From Pseudoxanthomonas sp. (GTDB lineage: Bacteria; Pseudomonadota; Gammaproteobacteria; Xanthomonadales; Xanthomonadaceae): a DNA stretch of 35,949 nucleotides. Made by a program: the position numbers and the translations under genes. Within the stretch, counting starts at the first letter, position 1, and every line of letters begins with the position of its first letter. Positions 35,886-35,949 of the stretch are shown here, one piece after another. The notes under the pieces are model-generated. The model saw nothing but the letters and a program-made list of their open reading frames with translations. It did no database searches and was not told where the DNA came from. The DNA is taken from NCBI GenBank assembly GCA_052039535.1, contig JBQGEI010000002.1, positions 1-35,949 of the forward strand. Reading direction: 5' to 3'.

Positions 35886-35949
35886 ATGCAATTGCTCAGC
35901 GCACTGCTTTCCTGCCTGCTGTCGTTGTTCGGCGGCGCCGAGGGCCAGA
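35886..35949 (+). CDS. Start of a probable secreted protein (3'-truncated by window)
   Basis: ATG then MQLLSALLSCLLSLFGGAEGQ, signal-like; GGGG upstream. Confidence 0.45.
   Translation, partial: MQLLSALLSCLLSLFGGAEGQ

Overview
GC-rich bacterial chromosomal window. Gene content and style suggest Xanthomonadaceae (Pseudoxanthomonas/Lysobacter-like; inference). About 39 CDSs; no rRNA, tRNA, CRISPR array or mobile element seen. Left to right: tannase C-terminus; large secreted TPR-ended protein; PKHD Fe(II)/2OG hydroxylase; a general-stress-type island (4.1-10.5 kb: glycine-zipper protein, GSP26-like protein, repeat-domain protein, SDR, EEP hydrolase, CBS protein, USP, several small proteins); nucleoside 2-deoxyribosyltransferase; SAM methyltransferase; CHASE-PAS-GGDEF-EAL protein; S9 peptidase; GH9; GST; trehalase; acpH; Fpg/Nei glycosylase; MFS; fabV; PAS histidine kinase plus receiver; DUF3297; PA2169-like gene with an internal TAG; yaeQ-yhiN; LytS/LytTR pair. 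The main signals not explained by the genes are: (1) a recurring promoter architecture, pentamer-N6-pentamer-N10/11-(-10 box), in front of about 10 mostly stress-type genes, suggesting an OmpR/ColR-type regulon; (2) a hybrid kinase split exactly at CCC-TGA-C, where a +1 shift fuses kinase and receiver; (3) two FNR/Anr boxes at class II (-41.5) geometry, one driving an unknown 62-aa membrane protein; (4) a xyl-box-like LacI operator before GH9; (5) an unlisted, translationally coupled 38-aa membrane microprotein. All family calls come from motif recognition; no searches were run.
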